A model generated the notes under the pieces. It was given only the letters and a program-made list of their open reading frames with translations. It was not told the DNA's origin and searched no databases. A stretch of DNA of 64,000 bases from Candidatus Bathyarchaeota archaeon (GTDB lineage: Archaea; Thermoproteota; Bathyarchaeia; TCS64): NCBI GenBank assembly GCA_016783455.1, contig JADHWN010000002.1:25836-89835 (forward strand), in the 5' to 3' direction. The translations under genes and the position numbers were made by a program. Shown piece after piece: positions 18,098 through 27,394 of this stretch. Each line of letters opens with the position of its first letter. The first letter of the stretch is position 1.

Positions 18098-18724
18098 ATG
18101 AAAAGTAAAAAAGGAAAATCTATCTTTGGACTAATCATCGTAGTTCTACTACTTCCGTCAATCATGTTATTATCTAGCCTTAATACAAAAGAAAAAGGAA
18201 CAGACGAAGAAACCAGGTATCTATATCCCTCATTTCCAGCATTCTCTAAAATAAGTAAAAAGGTTGATCTAGGTGATTTAGATAAAGCGATAGATTTCGA
18301 TGTAAAAATACCACCAGTTCTGGGAGTTCCCGATGAAGTCCTCGTGGAACAAGGTAATGAACGAGTGTGGATAATTTATACGATGTCTAAAATCGATGAC
18401 CATCAGCTTTTACAGTTTCTTAACAGCTCAGATTCTGAGGTTCTTATACGAAATGCTGGGGGTATTGTGCTGACAGTTTGGAAACATAATATGACCTATG
18501 AAGAATCTGTGAATGTTACTGAAAGTGCTATTATTGCTACAGAGGGAAAACTTGAAAGGGTAAACATCAATGGCTATGTAGGTTCAATGGGAGGAGATGA
18601 CGCTCATCTCATCTATTGGAGTACGGAGTCAACCTGGTACAAACTATCAGCAGGTGTAAAAGAAGACTATTCAAACCTACTAGAAATAGCTAGAAACATC
18701 GATATGAAACGAGTTACCCAATAA
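18098..18724 (+). CDS. Membrane-anchored protein with DUF4367-like C-terminus
   Basis: N-terminal TM helix; VNINGYVG...LIYW...WYKLSA...LLEIARNI. Confidence 0.6.
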   Translation: MKSKKGKSIFGLIIVVLLLPSIMLLSSLNTKEKGTDEETRYLYPSFPAFSKISKKVDLGDLDKAIDFDVKIPPVLGVPDEVLVEQGNERVWIIYTMSKIDDHQLLQFLNSSDSEVLIRNAGGIVLTVWKHNMTYEESVNVTESAIIATEGKLERVNINGYVGSMGGDDAHLIYWSTESTWYKLSAGVKEDYSNLLEIARNIDMKRVTQ

Positions 18725-18769
18725 TCCCTTTTTTTCAATAATCTTCAGTTACAGCTAGTTGGGATCTTC

Positions 18770-18973
18770 TCACTCTGCGCGGCGCACGAGCGTCCAAATT
18801 AGCGTCCAAACGATTGTCAGTAGCATCAGAATGTCGAATATCAGCTTGAATTTGGGGGAAGCGGGTCTTGAGCCCGTGGCTATGCCGTATGAGTAACATG
18901 CTCCAACGGCGAGGCCCACGATGAGCAGAAAGGCCGCCTTCACCCTGGCTGGCAGTTGACGGAGTTCCAACAT
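18770..18973 (-). CDS. Small two-TM membrane protein
   Basis: Two hydrophobic segments in 67 aa. Confidence 0.5.
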   Translation of the reverse strand: MLELRQLPARVKAAFLLIVGLAVGACYSYGIATGSRPASPKFKLIFDILMLLTIVWTLIWTLVRRAE

Positions 18974-19067
18974 GCGGCTTCTGCGATTATAGGAGGCTGC
19001 TTGTATTAATATTTTATTGAATGTTTGTCAGTGCGTTGTGCCCTTGTTTTAAGCAGTGATACGGGTG

Positions 19068-20588
19068 TTAAATTGTCCTTGCGATGGGCTTCGAGGGCGG
19101 TGGGACCTGATCGGCAGCATACACCGCTAAGGCTAAGGACCAGAACCTGTCGTCGTTGGTTCCCTGGGGATGGTTGAAGAGCAGCTTCCCCGACTTCGAC
19201 AGCTCGTACCTCTCCAGGTTCAGCTCATGGAACAGGTCGGGGTCGAAAGGGATGTGTAGCAGGGGCCTGAGGCCCACCCTATTTCCCTCCTCGTTGAAGC
19301 ATCCCTCGGGGCAGACGGTCATCCAGGCCTCCTCCTCGCCATCCACGTAGCCCCTCCAGCCGCAGCTGGGGCAGACTGCGCTCCTCATCTTCTCCTTGAG
19401 GCACGTGGCCATAGCCTCCTTGCTCTGGTCGGTGAAGTTGACGCCGGTGACGTTGCGCAGGCCCCCCCGTTCCATGTCCTCGACGATGTAGTCCCCGACC
19501 CCGGTCTTGTCGGCGTAGACGGCGTTGACTGTGCGCCAGCGGTCCTGGAGGCGCTTCATGTAGCCTATCACGGCGCCGTAGCTGGTCTCCAGGGGGAACC
19601 TGTGGAGGTGGCGCAGGTACAGGTGACCATGGAGCCTCTCGACGACCGCCACCACGGAGTAGTCGACGTGCTTCCCGAAGTCGGCTCCCAGGTAGAACTC
19701 GCCCCTGGGGCCTACGTCGTAGTCCAGGTAGTCGAGGGCGGAGTCCTGGGCGAGGGTGATGAGGCTGGTGGGCAGCCAGACGTTGAGGTCCTCGGTCCAC
19801 TCGCATAGCATCTCCCGTTTCCACCGGGCGGGGTCCCCGGCCAGCTGCTTCTCTATCATCTCCACAACCTCGGGGCTGAGGGGTCCCTGGGGAGGCATGG
19901 CCTCGGTGTAGAGGACCCTGTGACGGCTGAACTGGTCATACGCCGGGTCGTGAAACATCTTGTAGAACACGCTGTCCGTGTTCCAGGGCGTCGACTCGGC
20001 GTAGAGATAGCCGTTCGTCGTGTTCAGCGTGAAGAGTACGGAGGTGTAGAGATCCTCGTCCTCCCGGATGAAGTTGCACTCCATGAGGTAGATCACCTTC
20101 GCCGTGTGGCCCCTGATGGTCTCGGGGATGGGGGACTCTGCAAGGATCTGGCTGCCATTCCTGAACCTGATCACCGTCCTGAGTACGTTCCTCTCCCCGA
20201 CGGCGTACCTGAAGAAAGCGGGGTCCCCAGTCTGAAGGCGCTTCAGGTGCTCCGCGAGGGCCTTGAAGGCGATGTTCTTCACCTGGTCATACTTCGGCGC
20301 CGTCACCAGGATGAGGCTCCCTGGATACCTGAAGGCCAGATAGAGGAGCTTCGCCATGCCGTTGAAGGTCTTCCCGGTCTGACGGGCCTGGACGTTGGCG
20401 ACGAAGTGCCCCCTGTCCCGGAGGAAGGGCCACATGTACTCGAAGGGCTCGTACCCCAGCCACTCCACGCAGAACCGGACGGGGTCACTCGGCAGGATCT
20501 TCCTCGACTTCGTAACCGATTTCTCTAGTGCCTCTTCCTGCCTGTGTTTCCCGACTCTTCTCCTTAAGTTCCTCAAGCTCACTTTCAA
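19068..20588 (-). CDS. terL: Terminase large subunit
   Basis: Walker A ARQTGKT, IRG, variant Walker B YLMEC, STP coupling motif, RNase H-like GADFGKHVDYS and NDDRFWSLALA; Cys-rich insertion. Confidence 0.92.
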   Translation of the reverse strand: MKVSLRNLRRRVGKHRQEEALEKSVTKSRKILPSDPVRFCVEWLGYEPFEYMWPFLRDRGHFVANVQARQTGKTFNGMAKLLYLAFRYPGSLILVTAPKYDQVKNIAFKALAEHLKRLQTGDPAFFRYAVGERNVLRTVIRFRNGSQILAESPIPETIRGHTAKVIYLMECNFIREDEDLYTSVLFTLNTTNGYLYAESTPWNTDSVFYKMFHDPAYDQFSRHRVLYTEAMPPQGPLSPEVVEMIEKQLAGDPARWKREMLCEWTEDLNVWLPTSLITLAQDSALDYLDYDVGPRGEFYLGADFGKHVDYSVVAVVERLHGHLYLRHLHRFPLETSYGAVIGYMKRLQDRWRTVNAVYADKTGVGDYIVEDMERGGLRNVTGVNFTDQSKEAMATCLKEKMRSAVCPSCGWRGYVDGEEEAWMTVCPEGCFNEEGNRVGLRPLLHIPFDPDLFHELNLERYELSKSGKLLFNHPQGTNDDRFWSLALAVYAADQVPPPSKPIARTI

Positions 20589-20820
20589 GCAGCTCCACGT
20601 CGACGTCCCGGACGATGGTGTAGCAGAGGCGCACCGCCTTGATCAGGGTGTCCATGGCGTCCAGCTGGATGTCCTCGTAGCCCTCCGGGTCGGCTATGAT
20701 GGCGTCGAGCTCCTGGATGAGCAGCTCAAGCCTGTTCAGGTACTGGGCCCTCTTAGCCTCTGGGTCGATGCGGACACGGCGCGCCGTAATGTTGACGACA
20801 ACCGTCTCGGCAGCGTGGAC
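20485..20820 (-). CDS. Putative terminase small subunit (start uncertain; ORF open to 21009)
   Basis: Helical/coiled-coil protein immediately upstream of and overlapping terL. Confidence 0.45.
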   Translation of the reverse strand, partial: VHAAETVVVNITARRVRIDPEAKRAQYLNRLELLIQELDAIIADPEGYEDIQLDAMDTLIKAVRLCYTIVRDVDVELLESELEELKEKSRETQAGRGTREIGYEVEEDPAE

Positions 20821-21011
20821 CTCCCCGTGAACCGGCCCCTGCTCCTCAGCTCCCGGGCCACCTCCAGCATTAGGCTTAGGTCCGCCCTCAGCGCGTTCAG
20901 GTTCCTCCTCACCCCGACGAACAGCATCCGGGTCGTGGCGTCCTCCTCCCCGGTCTCCAGCCATCTCCTCAGGCGCCTCCTCTCGCTCTCGGTGAAGACG
21001 TAGCTCCACAT
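20736..21011 (-). CDS. Small hypothetical viral protein
   Basis: MWSYVFTESERRRLRRWL..., in operon. Confidence 0.55.
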   Translation of the reverse strand: MWSYVFTESERRRLRRWLETGEEDATTRMLFVGVRRNLNALRADLSLMLEVARELRSRGRFTGRSTLPRRLSSTLRRAVSASTQRLRGPST

Positions 21012-21072
21012 CCCATCCACCATATCCAACATGCTGCAGGATTCCTTGTAAGTGGTAGCTGCTTACAAGGCT

Positions 21073-21336
21073 TCAAGGCTGGATGTCACCCCTCCTGAGG
21101 CGCACCCGCCGGGCCAGGGGGTTCACCTCATCGCCCGTAGAGCCGCCCAGGATGTCCGTGAGGACTAAGGCCTGGTCGCTGAGGTCCAGGAACAGGTTGA
21201 GGCCTATGATCTTGTGCCTCTCGTTCTCGGACCTCATGAGCTCCTGAGCTACCTGGATGGCCTCGACGGTGTCCTTGAGGAGCACCCTGTAGGTCTCCCC
21301 CGCCTGTTCACTCACCTTCATCCACCTCCCCTTCAT
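21073..21336 (-). CDS. Hypothetical viral protein
   Basis: Short helical ORF coupled to the upstream gene. Confidence 0.55.
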   Translation of the reverse strand: MKGRWMKVSEQAGETYRVLLKDTVEAIQVAQELMRSENERHKIIGLNLFLDLSDQALVLTDILGGSTGDEVNPLARRVRLRRGDIQP

Positions 21337-22774
21337 CCATCCAGTCCCTGCACCAGTACAGGTACGCCTTGGACTGGCTGAGCACCGCCAGGTTGGCGAG
21401 CACCCTGTCCAGCCGCTCCCTGGGAACCTCGTGGAGCCACTCCCTGAACTCCTCCTTCCTCACGTAGGGCCTCCCGCTGCTCGTCAGCCTCTTGTAGTAC
21501 TGTGTGGAGACGCCGAGCAGGATCTCCCTCGCCTCCTCCATCTCAGCGTCGGAGAGCTCCCCCAGCCTCCGTCTGTTGTAGGACTTTGAGGACATCAGCG
21601 GAGGGTTGAACCCCAGCTCCCGTAGCCCGTCGACGGCCTTAACGACGGACACGTGGGGCTCCCTCCTTAGAAGGAGCTTCATCCCTGCCCTCTCGGCGAA
21701 GGGATTGTACTGGGCCATCACCGCCATGAGCTCCACGTGGCGCCGCCCGCAGAGGGGCAGCGTCTCCTCTACAAGCCGCCTTCCGAGGCCTATGGTCCGG
21801 TATTTGGGGTGGACGACAACCCTGGAGATGATGGTCCACTCCCTGTTGAGCTCCCCGAGCCTGGGCCTGTAGCCGACGGCCTTCTTCCTGCCGGCGGAGT
21901 TCACGGGGGGATAGCAGTATGCGATCACCCCGATGATCTCCCCGTCCCTCTCCATGGCGAAGAACCTGTGGGGCACGGGGACCCGGCTGTCCCTGTAGTG
22001 GAAGTGGGAGAGGCGCTCATAATCCTCCCTGGTGCCCAGCCGGATGTTGACATCTTCGGCCACGGAGCAGCCCGGGGCCTCCCGGTTCTCCCTGTAGTCG
22101 ACCTCGATCTCCTCGCCCCAGCCCTTCCGTATCAGGATGGACGGGTTCAGGTCCTCCTCCAGGTCGGTGTGCGTCGTGGCCACCACCAGGGTCGCCCCGC
22201 ATCGGCGGGCCAGCTTCTGGATGTTGAAGGCGACGACCTTAGCCGTGGTCCGGTCCAGGGTGCTGCAGAACTCGTCGGCCAGCCAGAACCTCCTCCCCGT
22301 GTCGATCATCCGGGCGATCCTGTACCTGTACCTCTGCCCGTCGCTGAGCTGATCCCAGCTCCTCAGGAAGAGGAAGGCGTCGTTGAGCCCCACCTTGCAG
22401 AGGAGCCTCAGCGCCTCCTGGAACGTTGAGCCCACCGTGTCGATGAGGGGCGTATCCTCGTCGACCTCCACGTCGGCGATGTCCACGGCTTCCTCCCCCA
22501 GGTCCTCCTGGAGGGCGCGGAGGAGCACCGACTTGCCGGAGCCCGAGTCGCCCGTGATGTAGACGACGTCTCCCTCGGCGAGGTGGAGCTCGAAGTCCCT
22601 GTAGAGGACGTGCTCCTTCTCCCCGTCGACGCCCAGGCCGAAGGCCTCCGCCACCTCGACGGTCCTCGCTGTCAGGGGGACGGTCGTCGTGAAGCTGACG
22701 TCGTAGACGTAGCAGCCCCGCTGCTTGTCGTATCGCCTCGCCCGACTTGCCCTGATGGGGACGGCTTCAGTCAT
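21308..22774 (-). CDS. ABC-type ATPase fused to a GNAT acetyltransferase (COG2401 type)
   Basis: GDSGSGKS, LSDGQ, DEF, ATTH; GNAT HFHY, ISRVVVHPKYRTIGLG, NPFAERAGM. Confidence 0.88.
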   Translation of the reverse strand: MTEAVPIRASRARRYDKQRGCYVYDVSFTTTVPLTARTVEVAEAFGLGVDGEKEHVLYRDFELHLAEGDVVYITGDSGSGKSVLLRALQEDLGEEAVDIADVEVDEDTPLIDTVGSTFQEALRLLCKVGLNDAFLFLRSWDQLSDGQRYRYRIARMIDTGRRFWLADEFCSTLDRTTAKVVAFNIQKLARRCGATLVVATTHTDLEEDLNPSILIRKGWGEEIEVDYRENREAPGCSVAEDVNIRLGTREDYERLSHFHYRDSRVPVPHRFFAMERDGEIIGVIAYCYPPVNSAGRKKAVGYRPRLGELNREWTIISRVVVHPKYRTIGLGRRLVEETLPLCGRRHVELMAVMAQYNPFAERAGMKLLLRREPHVSVVKAVDGLRELGFNPPLMSSKSYNRRRLGELSDAEMEEAREILLGVSTQYYKRLTSSGRPYVRKEEFREWLHEVPRERLDRVLANLAVLSQSKAYLYWCRDWMDEGEVDEGE

Positions 22775-23079
22775 GGCGGGGCTTCCCTGTACCCGAATAT
22801 GGACCCGACTATGCTTCCCACGATGAGCATGATGCCGTTGAAGATGGCATCATTCCAGGTGCCCATCATCACCATGTGCACAACCTCCAGGATGATGAAC
22901 CCCACGAAGAAGAGTATCATCAGCCCTATGATCAGCACGAAGCCCTCGGGGGGCTGCTGTTCCTGGATCCGGACGCGGCGGTCCACCGTCCCCGGCGTGC
23001 TGCTGCGCCTAGTCAATGCTGCTCGAAGCCAATCTAACATACTCCGCATTCTCCCTCGAATATCTCCTAACCCGGACAC
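22771..23079 (-). CDS. Two-TM membrane protein (holin-like position)
   Basis: Two TM helices; downstream of the tail genes. Confidence 0.5.
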   Translation of the reverse strand: MSGLGDIRGRMRSMLDWLRAALTRRSSTPGTVDRRVRIQEQQPPEGFVLIIGLMILFFVGFIILEVVHMVMMGTWNDAIFNGIMLIVGSIVGSIFGYREAPP

Positions 23080-23392
23080 GTCGACCCAAGGTCTTCACCT
23101 CGCCGATGGCGCCCATGACCTCGTCCCTCCCCATCAGACGAGTTATGTTCTCCACCAGTTCCAGCGGGATCCTGCTGGCACCCCACTCGCTCTGGGTGAC
23201 GACGACGTCCTTCCCGATGATGATGAACTTGCGTTCACGGCCGCTCACGCCTAGGTAGACTCCCCAGTCCTTGCACAGTGTCTCAGGGCTCACCTCGTGC
23301 TCCCTCAGGGTGGCAGTGACGTCGCTGGCGTCAAGCCACCGCACTATGATGAGGTCTCCCTTCTCAAGGTCCTCTACGCTTACATCCTCCAA
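23009..23392 (-). CDS. Hypothetical viral protein
   Basis: IIVRWLDAS...WGVYLG; in operon. Confidence 0.6.
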   Translation of the reverse strand: MEDVSVEDLEKGDLIIVRWLDASDVTATLREHEVSPETLCKDWGVYLGVSGRERKFIIIGKDVVVTQSEWGASRIPLELVENITRLMGRDEVMGAIGEVKTLGRRVRVRRYSRENAEYVRLASSSID

Positions 23393-23413
23393 TCTCTCAC
23401 ATCCTTCAACCTC

Positions 23414-26149
23414 TCACATCCACTCCTTCCTCAGGGCGTTGAGCTCGCGCTCTCTCGCACGTGCGCGGATTCCAGCCATGATCGCCGTGATGTCGAATTG
23501 AACGGGGCAGACCTTGGGCTCGTATGTTCCATCAGGTTTCTTGGCTGCGACGAGCTCGACGTCACAGAAGTACCCTTGTTCGGGGATGTAGGAGTGACGG
23601 GCTCTCTGTATCTGGAAGGTCTCTAGGGTCAGGCCGTCCTTCAGGCTCGTCACGGTCGTCATCTCCGGGGGCCTGAAGCCTGTCTGGGCTCTGCCCTGAA
23701 CCCTGGCCGCGACCACGACCAGGGGATTCTTACGGTGTTCAACGATGTTCTCGGCTACGTAGCCCGCATAGTCTAGGGTCGTGATCGTCTTGTCTACTAG
23801 CCTAAGCTCCCTCTTGCCGTAGTTCGTCTGGCTCGTTGCGTCTGAGTCAGTGCCGGCCTTCTCTGCCCTGGCGAATCTGAGCTTGTCGACCTTGAAGCCC
23901 CCGACCCCCAGGTCGCCGGCTGCTCTGTAGGGCCTGATCTGCAGGTGGTCGACGATCCTCCCAGGGTTGCCTCCCTTGGAGAAGCTGGAGATGTCGAGGT
24001 CGTATTCGACCCAGGTGTCGGCTGCGGGTACTGAGAGACCCGTCTTAAGGTAGTAGTCCCAGGTCCATATCCAGAGGCCTTTCTGCATGCGGACCTCAAG
24101 GTTCTCGGGGCTCAAGCCGGCGCCGTACTTGAACCAGAACTTGAGCCTGTCCATGCCTGAGATGTCGACCTCTGAGAAGACGTGACGCATCCTGTACTGA
24201 CTGCCCGGGTTTGTCGTCTGGAATTTTATGCTCGCGGTTCCCCTCTGCTTGTCGCCCGTGTCTGATGCGGGGAAGTTGGCGTCGGTGGGGTCGGGGCTGC
24301 TCCAGGAGTCGGCGGCCTCAGTCCAGCTGTCCTCATCCTTGGGATCATTCTCTTCCTCGAAGATCACGACCCTGACGTCGTTCACGAGGCGTGGCTGGCC
24401 TTTCATGGTCTCCCTTATGCCTATCTCGAAGATGTTGGCCGGGTATCCGTCGCTTCCGTCGCTGATCTTCGAGGTCGAATTGAATGCCCCGTATTTCTTG
24501 AATCTCAGGGCCCCACCTGGATCTATGTAGAAGTTTGCTCCGGTCTCCCCTGACGCGAACTTGGACGTCTCCGCCAGTTTTTGAACGAGGCTCCAAACGT
24601 TCTCCAGCCTGAACTTGTTGACGATCGACCTGCTTGTAGCATCTATCTGATGGAAGACCTCGGGCAGAGACTGATCGCTGATGGCGTCTATTATTGTGCT
24701 TATCAGAGTGGGGTTGGCGTACTCGTATGTGAAGGTGCGCTCGTACATGATCTCGTCAAGGGATTCGCCCACGATCTCAAGTGCGGGCTCCCCGGGCTCT
24801 CCCGAAGTCACGCGGTCGATTATCCGAGCCGTCATGATTTTACGTACAAGCGTCTCGTTGTGGGCCGCCAGGTAGACCATGACGATGTTTCCGGTTGAGG
24901 CCCGGGCAGCTCCGCTTGGTGGGTCCCTTGTGAGCAGATGATAGATCTCGTCTCTGACCAGGGCCTTTTCGTAGATCATGGGCTCGTCGACGTAGCCCAC
25001 AGCCCAATCACTGAAAACGCCCTGATTGTGTAGGCAGCCCCAGGTGAGCTCGTCGACTAGGGTTAACGTGCCGAGGGTTCCGGTGGCGCCGCCGTCGTAG
25101 TAGTCGTTCACCCATAGCTCTGTCTTGTCTCCGGCCGGGTCTATGATGCCCGTTATCAGGTTCCACTCGTTGCTGCAGACGATCGATGTGCTCGTGTACT
25201 GCCTGGTGTTCCCGGCGTCGTCCCTCACGTAGAGCCTGAGTTTATTGGCGTCGAAGTTGAACTGAATGCGGTTCCAGCCTCCACCTCCCCCGTACGCGCT
25301 GCCGAAGCCGCAGATCACACCTGTCGCTCCAGGGGGTGCTTTTAACCAGAAGCTGATGGTGAGGGCCCCGGTCGCCGGGATGGTCTTGGTGTAGCCCGTC
25401 TGCATGCGCGAGCTTGACCCGTTGAAGAGGAGGCAGTATCCCTCTTTGCCTCCAGCACTCCAGGCCGTGTTTACCAGGTGGGCGTGTCCTCGATTCTTGC
25501 TCAGATCGTAGGCGTGGCCTCCCGTGGCCTCGTTAAGCAGGTAGCGTCTCTCAGTGACTCCGAGCATGACGTCGTTTAGGATCTTCATGTTGAGGCTGCT
25601 TACTCTCACCGTCGTTTGAAGGTCGACCACGAGCTTCATGATCTCGTTGGGGATCAGCGGGGGATTCTTCCCTAGAACGGCGTAGTCGTAGTCAATGTAG
25701 GCTGTTGAGGATGCTGTGCTACTCTTTGCGTAGAGCTTGACGTATTTTACTGTCTTTCCTGTTATCAGCTCGATTCCGAGGGTTTCTGGGATAACCGGGG
25801 CGTCTAGCCAGCCTGTCCCGTTTGAGCTGGTGTCTGTGTATTCGACCTCCAGCTTGTATCTAGGCGTGGTCCCTCTGCCTCTGAGGCGAACCCTGAGACG
25901 GGGGTAATCGTCCGTGCTCAGGGCCAAGCTGCTTACGTCTATTCGGTAGCCGCAGCCGCTCGGGGTCCCTCCCTCAGTCACCGCCATTTCAGCCAAGTCG
26001 CCGGATATGCCTGAGTCGGGGGTGAAGCTCTCGGAAGCTGCTGACTGAAACTTCGTCCATAGACTGCTCCTGAAGCAGTCGTCCAGCCACCCGGGGGCCT
26101 CGTGTATCTCCACGTGGCATCGAGCCCAATCTGGTGTAGGCGTCTCTAT
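23414..26149 (-). CDS. Large tail-tip/adhesin protein with a LamG domain and CBM-like jelly rolls (~910 aa)
   Basis: LamG motifs LLFNG, LTISFWLK, NEWNLITG, GYVDE; follows the tape measure; ORF is open to 26440 but that part overlaps the TMP gene. Confidence 0.75.
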   Translation of the reverse strand: METPTPDWARCHVEIHEAPGWLDDCFRSSLWTKFQSAASESFTPDSGISGDLAEMAVTEGGTPSGCGYRIDVSSLALSTDDYPRLRVRLRGRGTTPRYKLEVEYTDTSSNGTGWLDAPVIPETLGIELITGKTVKYVKLYAKSSTASSTAYIDYDYAVLGKNPPLIPNEIMKLVVDLQTTVRVSSLNMKILNDVMLGVTERRYLLNEATGGHAYDLSKNRGHAHLVNTAWSAGGKEGYCLLFNGSSSRMQTGYTKTIPATGALTISFWLKAPPGATGVICGFGSAYGGGGGWNRIQFNFDANKLRLYVRDDAGNTRQYTSTSIVCSNEWNLITGIIDPAGDKTELWVNDYYDGGATGTLGTLTLVDELTWGCLHNQGVFSDWAVGYVDEPMIYEKALVRDEIYHLLTRDPPSGAARASTGNIVMVYLAAHNETLVRKIMTARIIDRVTSGEPGEPALEIVGESLDEIMYERTFTYEYANPTLISTIIDAISDQSLPEVFHQIDATSRSIVNKFRLENVWSLVQKLAETSKFASGETGANFYIDPGGALRFKKYGAFNSTSKISDGSDGYPANIFEIGIRETMKGQPRLVNDVRVVIFEEENDPKDEDSWTEAADSWSSPDPTDANFPASDTGDKQRGTASIKFQTTNPGSQYRMRHVFSEVDISGMDRLKFWFKYGAGLSPENLEVRMQKGLWIWTWDYYLKTGLSVPAADTWVEYDLDISSFSKGGNPGRIVDHLQIRPYRAAGDLGVGGFKVDKLRFARAEKAGTDSDATSQTNYGKRELRLVDKTITTLDYAGYVAENIVEHRKNPLVVVAARVQGRAQTGFRPPEMTTVTSLKDGLTLETFQIQRARHSYIPEQGYFCDVELVAAKKPDGTYEPKVCPVQFDITAIMAGIRARARERELNALRKEWM

Positions 26150-26808
26150 CCCCTCCTGGCCTCTTCGAAGAGCCTGGGCCCCAGGGACCTCACCCACGCG
26201 TCGACGTCCAGGCCTTCTCTGGGTTGCTTCTCGAACGTGATGAAGATCGGGCCGAAGGATTGAACGGTTCTGGGGCTGACATATTCCCTTCGAGTGTAGG
26301 ATCGATGGATAGGCAGGACCTCCTCCCCCTTGTGGAGCAGGTAGGGACCCGTCTCTGGGACCAGGCCGCCCATCTGCATGCTCTTTATCTTGGAGTAGAC
26401 TACGGCGCCGGCAGCGAGGGCGAGAGGTATGATCCACCACCTGCCCGTGAGGACTGCGAGAATGGCCTGTGCTGCTGAGGCCGCCCCGGTCGATGTTTTG
26501 AGCATCGTCATGAGGGCTGTCAGGTTCCTTACCACCTGGATCATATTCAAGAAGCCGTACATGGCTGCTCTGGGGTCCAGTTCGAGAAACGCCTTCGATG
26601 TCTGCTCGACCGCCAGCCTGGCGGCGTTCACGGATCGGACGCTCATCAGCATCATGGGGAGGGTGCGCGACGCGCTCTGGCGGGCCCCGGTTAGTGCCAG
26701 GGAGGCCTGGTCCGCGCTTCTGCTGGCGTCATCAGCCATAGCCTGGGCTTGGTTTAGGCCTGAGACCGTGACCAGGTAGTCGATGTACTCCTTATCGGCA
26801 GCAGCCAT
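26146..26808 (-). CDS. Very short tape measure protein (220 aa)
   Basis: Ala-rich helical region, hydrophobic stretch, C-terminal GGLVPETGPYLLHKGEEVLP motif typical of TMPs; downstream of the tail chaperones. Confidence 0.72.
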   Translation of the reverse strand: MAAADKEYIDYLVTVSGLNQAQAMADDASRSADQASLALTGARQSASRTLPMMLMSVRSVNAARLAVEQTSKAFLELDPRAAMYGFLNMIQVVRNLTALMTMLKTSTGAASAAQAILAVLTGRWWIIPLALAAGAVVYSKIKSMQMGGLVPETGPYLLHKGEEVLPIHRSYTRREYVSPRTVQSFGPIFITFEKQPREGLDVDAWVRSLGPRLFEEARRG

Positions 26809-27185
26809 CAGGTCGCCTCCGCTGTCCTCTCAAGGATCTCGCCTCTGAGCCTATGCTTCTCGGCTAGAATTGCCTGAAGTAAGAAGGGCCTGGGAGGCAT
26901 TCTGCTTGATCCGTCGTGGACATGCCTCGCATAGTCGACGGGTCGACCTGTCCTCGGGTTGATGTATTGCTCGCCCCCGGCGACCAAGGCCACGGAGTAG
27001 GGGCCCCTGCGCTCCTCTCGTATCGAGTCCATCAGGGCCCCCGTGTCGACCGGGCAGAAGGCCTTTGCAGCGGCGACCATGTAGGGTACATTCAGGCTGT
27101 CCTGGACTGCTTGGGCCATCTTCTGGGGTAGCATTCGGAGCTCTATGGCCAGGTCCTCGAGGCTGACCGTTTTCGTTATTCTCAT
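26808..27185 (-). CDS. HK97 gp10-like tail completion protein
   Basis: CPVDTGALMDSI and YARHVHDGSSRMPPRPFL motifs. Confidence 0.85.
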   Translation of the reverse strand: MRITKTVSLEDLAIELRMLPQKMAQAVQDSLNVPYMVAAAKAFCPVDTGALMDSIREERRGPYSVALVAGGEQYINPRTGRPVDYARHVHDGSSRMPPRPFLLQAILAEKHRLRGEILERTAEAT

Positions 27186-27394
27186 CTTCCCCTGCTCCTT
27201 AAGCGAGCAATTTCGTCCTCGAAACGTCTCCGCTCCCGGGCCTCCTTGTCTCCTATCGCGTCCATGTAGACCCGCAGCTTCTCCACGAAGCGCGCCGGCT
27301 GTCTCATGAGCTCCTCGTACGTCCAGCCCATGTGAACGCAGAGAGAGACGTCGTCCAGTAGCGGCTCAGACTTCTCGCGCTTCACTGCCGCCAC
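27182..27394 (-). CDS. Tail assembly chaperone, frameshift extension (gpT-like)
   Basis: MGWTYEELMRQP motif; lies in the -1 frame after the slippery site. Confidence 0.75.
   Translation of the reverse strand: MAAVKREKSEPLLDDVSLCVHMGWTYEELMRQPARFVEKLRVYMDAIGDKEARERRRFEDEIARLRSRGR

Noticed and set aside
26150-26440. N-terminal ~97 aa of the 1008-aa ORF
   Set aside because: Overlaps the tape measure gene in another frame and has shadow-ORF composition
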